From Escherichia coli (GTDB lineage: Bacteria; Pseudomonadota; Gammaproteobacteria; Enterobacterales; Enterobacteriaceae): DNA of 64,000 bases. Below the pieces are notes generated by a model. That model was not told where the DNA came from and did not search any database. It saw only the letters and a list, made by a program, of their open reading frames with translations. Below, piece by piece: positions 55,092 through 64,000 of this stretch. The stretch's first letter is position 1; every line of letters starts with the position of its first letter. Position numbers and translations under genes: made by a program. The stretch lies in assembly GCF_013315695.1 (NCBI RefSeq), contig NZ_CP054353.1; one strand, 5' to 3'.

Positions 55092-57161
55092 TTACTGTAA
55101 CAGCGAAATATCCGCAACTCGCAGGAATAATTCGCGCAGTTTCTCCAGCATGGTAAGACGGTTGATTCGCAATTCTTTGTCATCAACCATGACCATCACT
55201 TTATCGAAGAAGGCATCAACCGGTTCACGCAGCTCAGCCAGTTCGACCAGCGCATCCTGGTAACGACCTTCAGCAAAGTACGGCTCTAGCTTGTCACGTA
55301 GCACCACAACCTGCATCGCCAGTTTAATTTCTTCCGGCTCTTTCAGAGTAGAGGCATTCACGCGGTCGCTCAGCACTTCGTCAGATTTCGCCAGAATGTT
55401 AGATACACGCTTGTTCGCCGCCGCCAGTGCTGCAGCTGCATCCAGGGTACGGAAGTGCGATACCGCTTTCATTCGGGCATCGAAATCAGCCGGACGAGTC
55501 GGACGACGCGCCAGTACCGCCTGGATGGTGTCAACGGTGTAACCTTCGTCCTGATACCAGGCGCGGAAGCGACCGAGCATAAAGTCGATAACATCATCAA
55601 CCACGTTGGCATTAGTCAGCTTATCGCCATACAGACGCACTGCTTCTTCGGTCAGGGTTTGCAGGTCAAGATTGAGGTTCTTCTCAACGATAATACGCAG
55701 CACGCCAAGTGCGGCACGACGCAACGCAAACGGGTCTTTGTCGCCTTTCGGATGCTGGCCGATACCGAAGATACCCGCCAGAGTATCCATCTTGTCAGCA
55801 ATCGCCAGCGCACAGGCTACCGGGTTAGACGGCAGGTCATCACCGGCAAAGCGCGGCTGATACTGCTCGTTCAGCGCCACGGCAACATCTTCCGCTTCGC
55901 CATCGTGACGCGCGTAGTGCATCCCCATAACGCCCTGGGTGTCGGTGAACTCGAAGACCATGTTGGTCATCAGGTCGCACTTGGACAGCAGGCCCGCACG
56001 GGTTGCGTGGTTAACGTCAGCGCCAATCTGTTCAGCAATCCAGCCAGCCAGCGCCTGGATGCGGTCAGTTTTGTCGCGCAGTGTACCCAGCTGTTGCTGG
56101 AACAACACGGTTTGCAGGCGCGGCAGGTTATCTTCCAGACGTTTTTTACGGTCGGTGTTGAAGAAGAACTCGGCATCCGCCAGACGTGGACGAACGACTT
56201 TCTCGTTACCAGAGATAATTTGCTGCGGATCTTTCGATTCGATATTGGCAACGAAGATAAAGTTCGGCAGCAGTTTGCCGTCGTTCGCATACACCGGGAA
56301 GTATTTCTGGTCACCTTTCATGGTGTAAACCAGTGCTTCAGACGGCACCGCGAGGAATTTCTCTTCGAATTTCGCGGTCAGAACGACCGGCCACTCCACC
56401 AGCGAAGCCACTTCTTCCAGCAGGCTTTCGCTTAAATCAGCGTTACCGCCAATCTTACGTGCTGCTTCTTCAGCATCGGCTTTAATCTTCGCCTTACGTT
56501 CTTCGTAATCGGCGATGACTCTCCCGCGCTCACGCAGAATTTCCGGATACTGATCGGCATTGTCGATAGTGAATTCCGACTCGCCCATAAAGCGGTGGCC
56601 GCGAATCACGCGATCGGACTGAATACCCAGAATGGTAGCCGGAATAACTTTGTCGCCCAGCAGCAGGGTCACGGTGTGAACCGGACGCACGAAGTGCACG
56701 TCGCTTGCGCCCCAACGCATCAGTTTCGGGATCGGCAGTTTCGCCAGCGAAGTCGCAACCATATTCGGCAGCAGTGCTTCGGTGCTTTCGCCCTTCACAT
56801 GGGCGCGATACAGCAGCCATTCGCCTTTATCGGTAGTCAGACGCTCAGCCTGGTCAACGGTAATACCGCAACCACGCGCCCAACCTTCTGCCGCTTTGCT
56901 CGGTTTGCCTTCAGCGTCGAACGCCTGGGCAATTGCCGGGCCGCGTTTTTCGATTTCACGATCCGGTTGCGCTTCCGCCAGGTTAGCCACTTTCAGCGCC
57001 AGACGACGCGGAGCAGCAAACCATTGAACGGTGCCGTGTGCGAGGCCAGCGTTATCCAGCTCCGCAGTAAAGTTCGCAGCAAAGGACTCAGCCAGGCTGC
57101 GCAGTGCTTTTGGTGGCAGCTCTTCAGTGCCGATTTCCACCAGAAAAGTTTTCTCAGACAT
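55092..57161 (-). CDS. glyS: Glycine--tRNA ligase beta subunit
   Basis: 689-aa [23 protein letters not shown]…. Confidence 0.95.
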   Translation of the reverse strand: MSEKTFLVEIGTEELPPKALRSLAESFAANFTAELDNAGLAHGTVQWFAAPRRLALKVANLAEAQPDREIEKRGPAIAQAFDAEGKPSKAAEGWARGCGITVDQAERLTTDKGEWLLYRAHVKGESTEALLPNMVATSLAKLPIPKLMRWGASDVHFVRPVHTVTLLLGDKVIPATILGIQSDRVIRGHRFMGESEFTIDNADQYPEILRERGRVIADYEERKAKIKADAEEAARKIGGNADLSESLLEEVASLVEWPVVLTAKFEEKFLAVPSEALVYTMKGDQKYFPVYANDGKLLPNFIFVANIESKDPQQIISGNEKVVRPRLADAEFFFNTDRKKRLEDNLPRLQTVLFQQQLGTLRDKTDRIQALAGWIAEQIGADVNHATRAGLLSKCDLMTNMVFEFTDTQGVMGMHYARHDGEAEDVAVALNEQYQPRFAGDDLPSNPVACALAIADKMDTLAGIFGIGQHPKGDKDPFALRRAALGVLRIIVEKNLNLDLQTLTEEAVRLYGDKLTNANVVDDVIDFMLGRFRAWYQDEGYTVDTIQAVLARRPTRPADFDARMKAVSHFRTLDAAAALAAANKRVSNILAKSDEVLSDRVNASTLKEPEEIKLAMQVVVLRDKLEPYFAEGRYQDALVELAELREPVDAFFDKVMVMVDDKELRINRLTMLEKLRELFLRVADISLLQ

Positions 57162-57170
57162 AGCCGCCTC

Positions 57171-58082
57171 TTACTTATCTTTGTTGCACATCGGGAAGCC
57201 GAGGGCTTCACGGGAAGCGTAGTATGCTTCTGCCACTGCTTTGGTCAGGGTGCGAATGCGCAGAATGTAGCGCTGACGCTCGGTGACGGAGATGGCTTTA
57301 CGCGCATCCAGCAGGTTGAAGCTGTGGGCGGCTTTCAGAATACGCTCGTAGGCTGGCAGCGGCAGCGGATTTTCCAGCGCCAGCAGCTGCTGCGCTTCTT
57401 TCTCGTACTGCTCAAAGCAGGTGAACAGGAAGTCCACATCCGCGTATTCGAAGTTGTAAGTGGACTGCTCCACTTCGTTCTGATGGAACACGTCGCCGTA
57501 GGTGGTTTTACCCAGCGGGCCGTCGCTCCAGACCAGGTCGTAAACGCTGTCTACGCCCTGAATGTACATTGCCAGACGTTCCAGACCGTAGGTGATCTCG
57601 CCGGTAACCGGTTTACACTCCAGACCACCAACCTGCTGGAAGTAAGTGAACTGCGTCACTTCCATGCCGTTCAGCCACACTTCCCAGCCCAGCCCCCAGG
57701 CACCCAGCGTCGGGTTTTCCCAGTTATCTTCCACGAAACGGATGTCGTGGATGGTCGGGTCCATGCCCAGCTCTTTCAGAGAACCAAGGTACAGCTCCTG
57801 AATATTGTCCGGCGATGGCTTAATGACCACCTGGAACTGATAGTAGTGCTGTAAACGGTTGGGGTTTTCGCCGTAGCGACCATCGGTCGGGCGACGAGAA
57901 GGCTGAACATAAGCAGCCGCCATCGGTTCTGGCCCCAGCGCGCGCAGACAGGTCATTGGGTGAGAGGTTCCCGCGCCGACTTCCATGTCCAATGGTTGAA
58001 CAATGGTGCAGCCCTGGCGAGCCCAGTAATCCTGTAAGGTCAGGATCAAGCCCTGGAAGGTCCTGGTATCAAACTTTTGCAT
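57171..58082 (-). CDS. glyQ: Glycine--tRNA ligase alpha subunit
   Basis: 303-aa [28 protein letters not shown]…. Confidence 0.95.
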
Positions 58083-58176
58083 ATTATTTCGTGCTGGATA
58101 CGTGTGGATTTAAAGGAAGGGATCAGTATACCCGCTGGATGGAAGATATACAGTACGAAACGGGAAAAAGCAGGGC

Positions 58177-58485
58177 TTAACGCATGGAAAGATGCAAAAA
58201 ATGGCCATCTGCGTCAAAAGAACAGACAAACTGCTCTTTACGGAAGGTATAACCGCGCATTTCGTAGCTCCCCTGGAACTGTTCAAATGCGGTGACGTCG
58301 ATTTTTTGCGCACCTGTATTATAGCGTTTTGCCGCCTGATCTTTGCATAGCCCTTCCATATTCAACGAACGCAGAGGATCAACCTTTACCCGTTGTGCTT
58401 TCTGCACGGGTGGCGGTGTAGAACAACCCACTAGCGCCATAAGCACCATAAGCGCCATTGCCGGAAAGAAAGAGTTCATCATCAT
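58177..58485 (-). CDS. ysaB: Small lipoprotein
   Basis: About 100-aa ORF with lipobox LVGCS. Confidence 0.75.
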   Translation of the reverse strand: MMMNSFFPAMALMVLMALVGCSTPPPVQKAQRVKVDPLRSLNMEGLCKDQAAKRYNTGAQKIDVTAFEQFQGSYEMRGYTFRKEQFVCSFDADGHFLHLSMR

Positions 58486-58659
58486 TAAATTACCGTCTGG
58501 TTTGCAGGTGAGTCTTATTATTTATATCGGTATAGTGGCTGATATCTTACGAATTTCCTTAAGCCTCTATAAGCTGTAGTGATAAAACTCAGATTATTCC
58601 AGTGCGCCAACCGAATGATTTATCGGTCAGACTTTTTTTAACCAGATACAGAGACACAG

Positions 58660-59655
58660 ATGCAGCCCAAAATTTACTGGATTGATAACCTGCGAGGGAT
58701 AGCGTGTTTAATGGTGGTGATGATTCACACCACTACCTGGTATGTGACCAATGCTCATAGTGTTAGCCCCGTCACATGGGATATCGCCAATGTTCTGAAT
58801 TCTGCCTCTCGTGTCAGCGTGCCGCTATTTTTCATGATTTCCGGCTATCTCTTTTTTGGCGAACGCAGCGCCCAGCCGCGCCATTTCTTGCGCATCGGCT
58901 TATGCCTGCTGTTTTATAGCACTGTTGCGCTGCTCTACATTGCGCTGTTTACCTCCATCAATATGGAGTTAGCGCTGAAAAACCTGCTGCAAAAGCCAGT
59001 GTTTTACCACTTGTGGTTTTTCTTCGCGATTGCGGTGATTTATCTGGTTTCACCGCTGATTCAGGTGAAGAACGTCGGCGGAAAAATGTTGCTGGTGCTA
59101 ATGGTGGTGATTGGCATTATCGCTAACCCAAACACAGTGCCGCAGAAAATTGACGGTTTTGAATGGCTGCCAATTAACTTATATATCAATGGCGATACTT
59201 TTTACTACATCCTGTATGGCATGTTGGGCCGCGCTATAGGGATGATGGACACACAGCATAAAGCACTGTCGTGGGTGTGCGCCGCACTGTTTGCGACGGG
59301 GGTATTTATTATCTCTCGCGGGACATTATATGAATTGCAGTGGCGCGGAAATTTTGCCGATACCTGGTATCTTTACTGTGGGCCGATGGTTTTTATCTGC
59401 GCAATCACGCTATTGACTCTGGTTAAAAACACGCTGGATACACACACTGTTCCCGGGCTTGGGCTGATATCACGCCATTCTTTAGGTATATACGGGTTCC
59501 ATGCATTGATTATCCATGCGCTGCGTACCCGGGGGATTGAGCTTAAAAACTGGCCAATACTCGATATTATTTGGATCTTTTGCGCGACGTTGGCAGCGAG
59601 TTTGTTACTTTCTATGCTGGTACAACGAATCGACAGAAACAGACTAGTGAGTTAA
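58660..59655 (+). CDS. wecH: Membrane O-acetyltransferase (acyltransferase 3 family)
   Basis: 331-aa multi-TM ORF; synteny. Confidence 0.85.
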   Translation: MQPKIYWIDNLRGIACLMVVMIHTTTWYVTNAHSVSPVTWDIANVLNSASRVSVPLFFMISGYLFFGERSAQPRHFLRIGLCLLFYSTVALLYIALFTSINMELALKNLLQKPVFYHLWFFFAIAVIYLVSPLIQVKNVGGKMLLVLMVVIGIIANPNTVPQKIDGFEWLPINLYINGDTFYYILYGMLGRAIGMMDTQHKALSWVCAALFATGVFIISRGTLYELQWRGNFADTWYLYCGPMVFICAITLLTLVKNTLDTHTVPGLGLISRHSLGIYGFHALIIHALRTRGIELKNWPILDIIWIFCATLAASLLLSMLVQRIDRNRLVS

Positions 59656-59656
59656 A

Positions 59657-59692
59657 TAAAAGCCCGGTCACATTGGACTGACCGGGCTTATG
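59657..59692. terminator. Bidirectional hairpin terminator between wecH and yiaA
   Basis: AAGCCCGGTCA…TGACCGGGCTT. Confidence 0.6.
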
Positions 59693-59696
59693 TGAA

Positions 59697-60137
59697 TTAT
59701 TCGCTGTATTCTTCCTGGGTAACCTGTGTTTCTTTTGGTGGGTTTATTCCGACATCACGAATATTCTTCTGCACCGCTACTGCACCAAACAAGCTTAAGA
59801 AGAAAGCCAGCCCATAAAAGCCTTTTTCGCTGAGTAATAACGTTGCATTCCACAGACCTACCAGCAATAACGCAACAGAGATAATAAAGACCGTCAGGCA
59901 AGTCATATAATAAATGGAGGTGGTCGGTATGCCTTCATACTTGTCCCGAACGGTCTTTTGATAAGACGCCGCAGAAAACAGTCCTAATACCAGTACGGCA
60001 AAATAATATCCTTTTTCATTTAACTGCATCTCTGCATTCCATAGCCCTAACAGATAGGTAACGATACCACCAACGAGAGCTATCCATGACACAATACTAA
60101 ATGCCGGTGAATAGGTTGATATTTTGTTGTCCATCAC
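59697..60137 (-). CDS. yiaA: Inner-membrane protein YiaA
   Basis: 146-aa ORF with 4 predicted TM helices. Confidence 0.8.
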   Translation of the reverse strand: MMDNKISTYSPAFSIVSWIALVGGIVTYLLGLWNAEMQLNEKGYYFAVLVLGLFSAASYQKTVRDKYEGIPTTSIYYMTCLTVFIISVALLLVGLWNATLLLSEKGFYGLAFFLSLFGAVAVQKNIRDVGINPPKETQVTQEEYSE

Positions 60138-60179
60138 AGTATTCCTTTCATTCCTGAATGTGTAAGAGGTTTATGTTGC

Positions 60180-60487
60180 TCATGCCGGGCGAAACAAACG
60201 CATTTGACCAAACAAGCAGACAAAAAAGGCGATGGGATAAATCACCATTTCATAAGCATTGATAGGTGCGTTTAAAACACCGATAAACAAGAGACCGATA
60301 GTGATTAACGCCAGCAACTGGCAGACGCGGATAAAAAAATCATCCAGTTGCCCGAGTTTTTCTGCGCGAAGATATGCATAATTGCCAAAAGTTGCTGTCA
60401 TTAACACGCCAAGAAAATAGCCTTTTCCACTTAACAATGGGCATGAGATCCATAGCCCAACCAGATAAACCAGCGCCCCGACAACAA
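60180..60487 (-). pseudogene. yiaB: yiaB lacking its 5' end and promoter (reading frame runs into IS1)
   Basis: ORF 60180..60437 (paralog-like to yiaA); frame open up to the IS1 boundary with no native start. Confidence 0.7.
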
Positions 60488-60502
60488 GGTAATGACTCCA
60501 AC

Positions 60503-61006
60503 TTATTGATAGTGTTTTATGTTCAGATAATGCCCGATGACTTTGTCATGCAGCTCCACCGATTTTGAGAACGACAGCGACTTCCGTCCCAGCCGTGCCA
60601 GGTGCTGCCTCAGATTCAGGTTATGCCGCTCAATTCGCTGCGTATATCGCTTGCTGATTACGTGCAGCTTTCCCTTCAGGCGGGATTCATACAGCGGCCA
60701 GCCATCCGTCATCCATATCACCACGTCAAAGGGTGACAGCAGGCTCATAAGACGCCCCAGCGTCGCCATAGTGCGTTCACCGAATACGTGCGCAACAACC
60801 GTCTTCCGGAGCCTGTCATACGCGTAAAACAGCCAGCGCTGGCGCGATTTAGCCCCGACATAGCCCCACTGTTCGTCCATTTCCGCGCAGACGATGACGT
60901 CACTGCCCGGCTGTATGCGCGAGGTTACCGACTGCGGCCTGAGTTTTTTAAGTGACGTAAAATCGTGTTGAGGCCAACGCCCATAATGCGGGCTGTTGCC
61001 CGGCAT
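60503..61006 (-). CDS. insB: IS1 InsB
   Basis: Identical 167-aa ORF. Confidence 0.9.
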
Positions 61007-61200
61007 CCAACGCCATTCATGGCCATATCAATGATTTTCTGGTGCGTACCGGGTTGAGAAGCGGTGTAAGTGAACTGCAGTTGCCATGTTTTACGGCAGT
61101 GAGAGCAGAGATAGCGCTGATGTCCGGCGGTGCTTTTGCCGTTACGCACCACCCCGTCAGTAGCTGAACAGGAGGGACAGCTGATAGAAACAGAAGCCAC
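60925..61200 (-). CDS. insA: IS1 InsA
   Basis: Identical 91-aa ORF. Confidence 0.9.
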
Positions 61201-61255
61201 TGGAGCACCTCAAAAACACCATCATACACTAAATCAGTAAGTTGGCAGCATCACC

Positions 61256-61822
61256 AGTTTATCCATTTCACCTGATACCCGCGTTGGCGATTTAGGACTT
61301 GGGCAACAACAACTGGTTGAAATTGCCAAGGCACTTAATAAACAGGTGCGTTTGTTAATTCTCGATGAGCCGACAGCCTCATTAACTGAGCAGGAAACGT
61401 CGGTTTTACTGGATATTATTCGCGATCTACAACAGCACGGTATCGCCTGTATTTATATTTCGCACAAACTCAACGAAGTCAAAGCGATTTCCGATACGAT
61501 TTGCGTTATTCGCGACGGTCAGCACATTGGCACGCGTGATGCTGCTGGAATGAGTGAAGACGATATTATCACCATGATGGTCGGGCGGGAGTTAACCGCG
61601 CTTTACCCTAATGAACCACATACCACCGGAGATGAAATATTACGTATTGAACATCTGACGGCATGGCATCCGGTTAATCGTCATATTAAACGAGTTAATG
61701 ATGTCTCGTTTTCCCTGAAACGTGGCGAAATACTGGGTATTGCCGGACTCGTTGGTGCCGGACGTACCGAGACCATTCAGTGCCTGTTTGGCGTGTGGCC
61801 CGGACAATGGGAAGGAAAAATT
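61256..61822 (+). pseudogene. xylG: Internal fragment of xylose ABC transporter ATPase (5' end deleted at IS1, 3' side interrupted by IS110-family element)
   Basis: Frame reads [43 protein letters not shown]… from the IS1 boundary; ABC signature and Walker B. Confidence 0.8.
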
Positions 61823-63267
61823 CTTATGACCTTTGTCAAATATTGAGCCCAAAAAGACCTTACGCAGCTCCGGGAGCTTCGTTATATCGCGGATTAAAGA
61901 ACCTGAAACAGTCAGACTGTATCTTGGATTTTACAAACTCTTATTCGGGGATTTTAGCCCCATGACGATTTACGCAGTGAGCTGGCCTCTTTCTATATGC
62001 AGGTATTGGCGCATTCTGACCTCCTGAATTCTTTTACGAGGATCACTCATTCCGTGTCTGACTGCTTCAGGGTTTAATTTTGCTTCTGCTGACTGAATGA
62101 TGATTGGGCAGCAAGTGCAATATCCCACATAAATCCAGTCAACTCACGAGCCACCGCCGTAATGGCTACTTGTGATTTTTTCCCTTTTGCTGTCAGACTT
62201 CGGTAACGAGAACACAATCGTTGTTGAGCTTTCCATGCAATATCTTTGGAATATTGTGTTACAGAATCCGGTCGGTAATATATAAGCCATGCACCAACTT
62301 TTGCAGGTGTACGATAAGACCAGGCGGCTTCGTAAAGCAGACGTCTCAGTTCGCTGTTTCCAACTTTTGTTATTCCCCTGGGACGAATGCTGTTTCCACT
62401 GGAATATTCCCCTGGAACCAGTCCCAGAAAAGCCATGAGTTGTTTGGGACTGGAAAATCGTGAAAAATCACCCAGTTCAGCAACCAGGGTTATTGCGGTT
62501 AGCTGACCAACACCTTTAAGGGCCTGTAACTGGCAGACCAGATTGCACAGAGACCACTCAGGTAACAGGCGGGATATTTCCTGGTCGAGTTGAAGTATGC
62601 GATCTTCAATCTGCTCCAGACTCTGACAATAGTGTTGAAAAGCAATCTGTTGAGATGGCTGACTAAATGATTGATTGGCTAACCAGGTTCGATGTTTGCC
62701 GGTCCAGTGCTTCCCTGCATAACGTTTGTCTGTTCGCAATAGCATGCTCAGAATTCGCTGTCGGGCAACTCTGCTGTCTCGTTTAGCTGCTGCACGGGCT
62801 CTGATTAGATCCCGCATAGCTTCATGAGTCAGGTCAGGGATCCAGACAGGGGTAAGTTCACCAGCCCGCAGTAACCTGGCAAGAGAAATTGCGTCCCGAT
62901 GATCATTTTTGATTCTGTCTGTCGGTGATTTTGGTATCCGGGAAGGGGCAATAACCTGGCATTTTATATTCATCGCTGTGAGTTGATGATATAGCCCAAA
63001 ACCACAGGGGCCAGCCTCATAGCAGGAAAGAATGTTTCCGTAAAGTCCCTGCAATTTCTGAAATAATCGACGTACAGCCTGGGCTTCGTTGTTAATCGTA
63101 CCATAATAACGAACTTCGCCAAGCCGTTCAGGTGCAGCAATAGCAACCGCCAACGTTTCTTTATGTACATCCAGTCCGATGTAAGCTGCAATATTTTCCG
63201 AATGCATAATGACCTCCTCTGGAATATCCCACCAATGCTATAGTGAGTATATAAAGGTCATACCATC
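61823..63267 (-). mobile_element. IS110-family insertion sequence, about 1.45 kb, inside xylG; 10-bp terminal inverted repeats TATGACCTTT (61825-61834 and 63253-63262)
   Basis: xylG frame breaks after …WEGKI and resumes at YIDGKQ…; the insert carries one DEDD-type transposase gene and a 251-bp non-coding end. Confidence 0.8.
62074..63207 (-). CDS. IS110-family (DEDD) transposase
   Basis: 377-aa ORF; N-terminal YIGLDVHKETLAVAI motif and C-terminal domain typical of IS110/IS1111 transposases. Confidence 0.8.
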   Translation of the reverse strand: MHSENIAAYIGLDVHKETLAVAIAAPERLGEVRYYGTINNEAQAVRRLFQKLQGLYGNILSCYEAGPCGFGLYHQLTAMNIKCQVIAPSRIPKSPTDRIKNDHRDAISLARLLRAGELTPVWIPDLTHEAMRDLIRARAAAKRDSRVARQRILSMLLRTDKRYAGKHWTGKHRTWLANQSFSQPSQQIAFQHYCQSLEQIEDRILQLDQEISRLLPEWSLCNLVCQLQALKGVGQLTAITLVAELGDFSRFSSPKQLMAFLGLVPGEYSSGNSIRPRGITKVGNSELRRLLYEAAWSYRTPAKVGAWLIYYRPDSVTQYSKDIAWKAQQRLCSRYRSLTAKGKKSQVAITAVARELTGFMWDIALAAQSSFSQQKQN

Positions 63268-63852
63268 TATATTGATGGCAAACAGGTAGATATTCGTAAC
63301 TGTCAGCAAGCCATCGCCCAGGGGATTGCGATGGTACCCGAAGACAGAAAGCGCGACGGCATCGTTCCGGTAATGGCGGTTGGTAAAAATATTACCCTCG
63401 CCGCACTCAATAAATTTACCGGCGGTATTAGCCAGCTTGATGACGCGGCAGAGCAAAAATGTATTCTGGAATCAATCCAGCAACTCAAAGTTAAAACGTC
63501 GTCCCCCGACCTTGCTATTGGACGTTTGAGCGGCGGCAATCAGCAAAAAGCGATCCTCGCTCGCTGTCTGTTACTCAACCCGCGCATTCTCATTCTTGAT
63601 GAACCTACCAGGGGTATCGATATTGGCGCGAAATACGAGATCTACAAATTAATTAACCAACTCGTCCAGCAGGGTATTGCCGTTATTGTCATCTCTTCCG
63701 AATTACCTGAAGTGCTCGGCCTTAGCGATCGTGTACTGGTGATGCATGAAGGGAAACTAAAAGCCAACCTGATAAATCATAACCTGACTCAGGAGCAGGT
63801 GATGGAAGCCGCATTGAGGAGCGAACATCATGTCGAAAAGCAATCCGTCTGA
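63268..63852 (+). pseudogene. xylG: 3' fragment of xylG
   Basis: Frame [31 protein letters not shown]… through second ABC domain to stop. Confidence 0.8.
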
Positions 63853-64000
63853 AGTGAAATTAGCCGTACCGACATCCGGTGGCTTTTCCGGGCTGAAATC
63901 ACTGAATTTGCAGGTCTTCGTGATGATTGCAGCTATCATCGCAATCATGCTGTTCTTTACCTGGACCACCGATGGTGCCTACTTAAGCGCCCGTAACGTC
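63830..64000 (+). CDS. xylH: Xylose ABC transporter permease, 3' end outside the window
   Basis: ATG at 63830 overlapping xylG stop; [43 protein letters not shown]…. Confidence 0.75.

Larger units (their letters stand above)
60488..61255 (-). mobile_element. IS1 copy 3, 768 bp, no target-site duplication (flanks CGACAACAA / AGTTTATCC); deletion junction
   Basis: IS1 termini read directly; flanked by yiaB and internal xylG. Confidence 0.95.

Noticed and set aside
55455-57854. Antisense ORFs of 326 and 419 aa opposite glyS and glyQ
   Set aside because: Shadow frames of highly conserved tRNA synthetase genes, with no independent support.

Overview
The window is an Escherichia coli / Shigella-type chromosomal backbone segment, co-linear with the E. 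coli K-12 treF–xylH region: treF, yhjB, yhjC, yhjD, yhjE, yhjG, pdeH, kdgK, yhjJ, dctA, pdeK, the bcs cellulose locus, an ldr/rdl array, yhjV, dppFDCBA, proK, eptB, yhjX, yhjY, tag, yiaC, bisC, yiaD, ghrB, yiaF, yiaG, cspA, hokA, IS150, glySQ, ysaB, wecH, yiaA, yiaB, xylG remnants and xylH. All gene identifications are by recognition of the supplied translations and by gene order; no database search was run. I found no evidence for a novel multi-gene system such as a defence island, secretion system or prophage: every long ORF maps to a known core gene or to an insertion sequence. What stands out is IS-driven remodelling and a repeat expansion. (1) There are three IS1 copies with identical InsA/InsB. 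One is a simple insertion with a 9-bp target duplication upstream of yhjC. Two lack target duplications and sit at deletion junctions: one removes the divergent bcsR/bcsE promoter region, the other removes yiaB 5' through xylB-xylA-xylF into xylG. (2) An IS110-family element of about 1.45 kb lies inside what remains of xylG. (3) The ldr/rdl type I toxin-antitoxin unit, single-copy at this locus in K-12, is present as five tandem units of about 483 bp. (4) bisC is split into two overlapping frames. (5) IS150 abuts hokA as in K-12. Strain identity cannot be fixed from the sequence alone; the IS150–hokA junction is K-12-like, whereas the sense codon 6 of bcsQ and the extra IS lesions are not.
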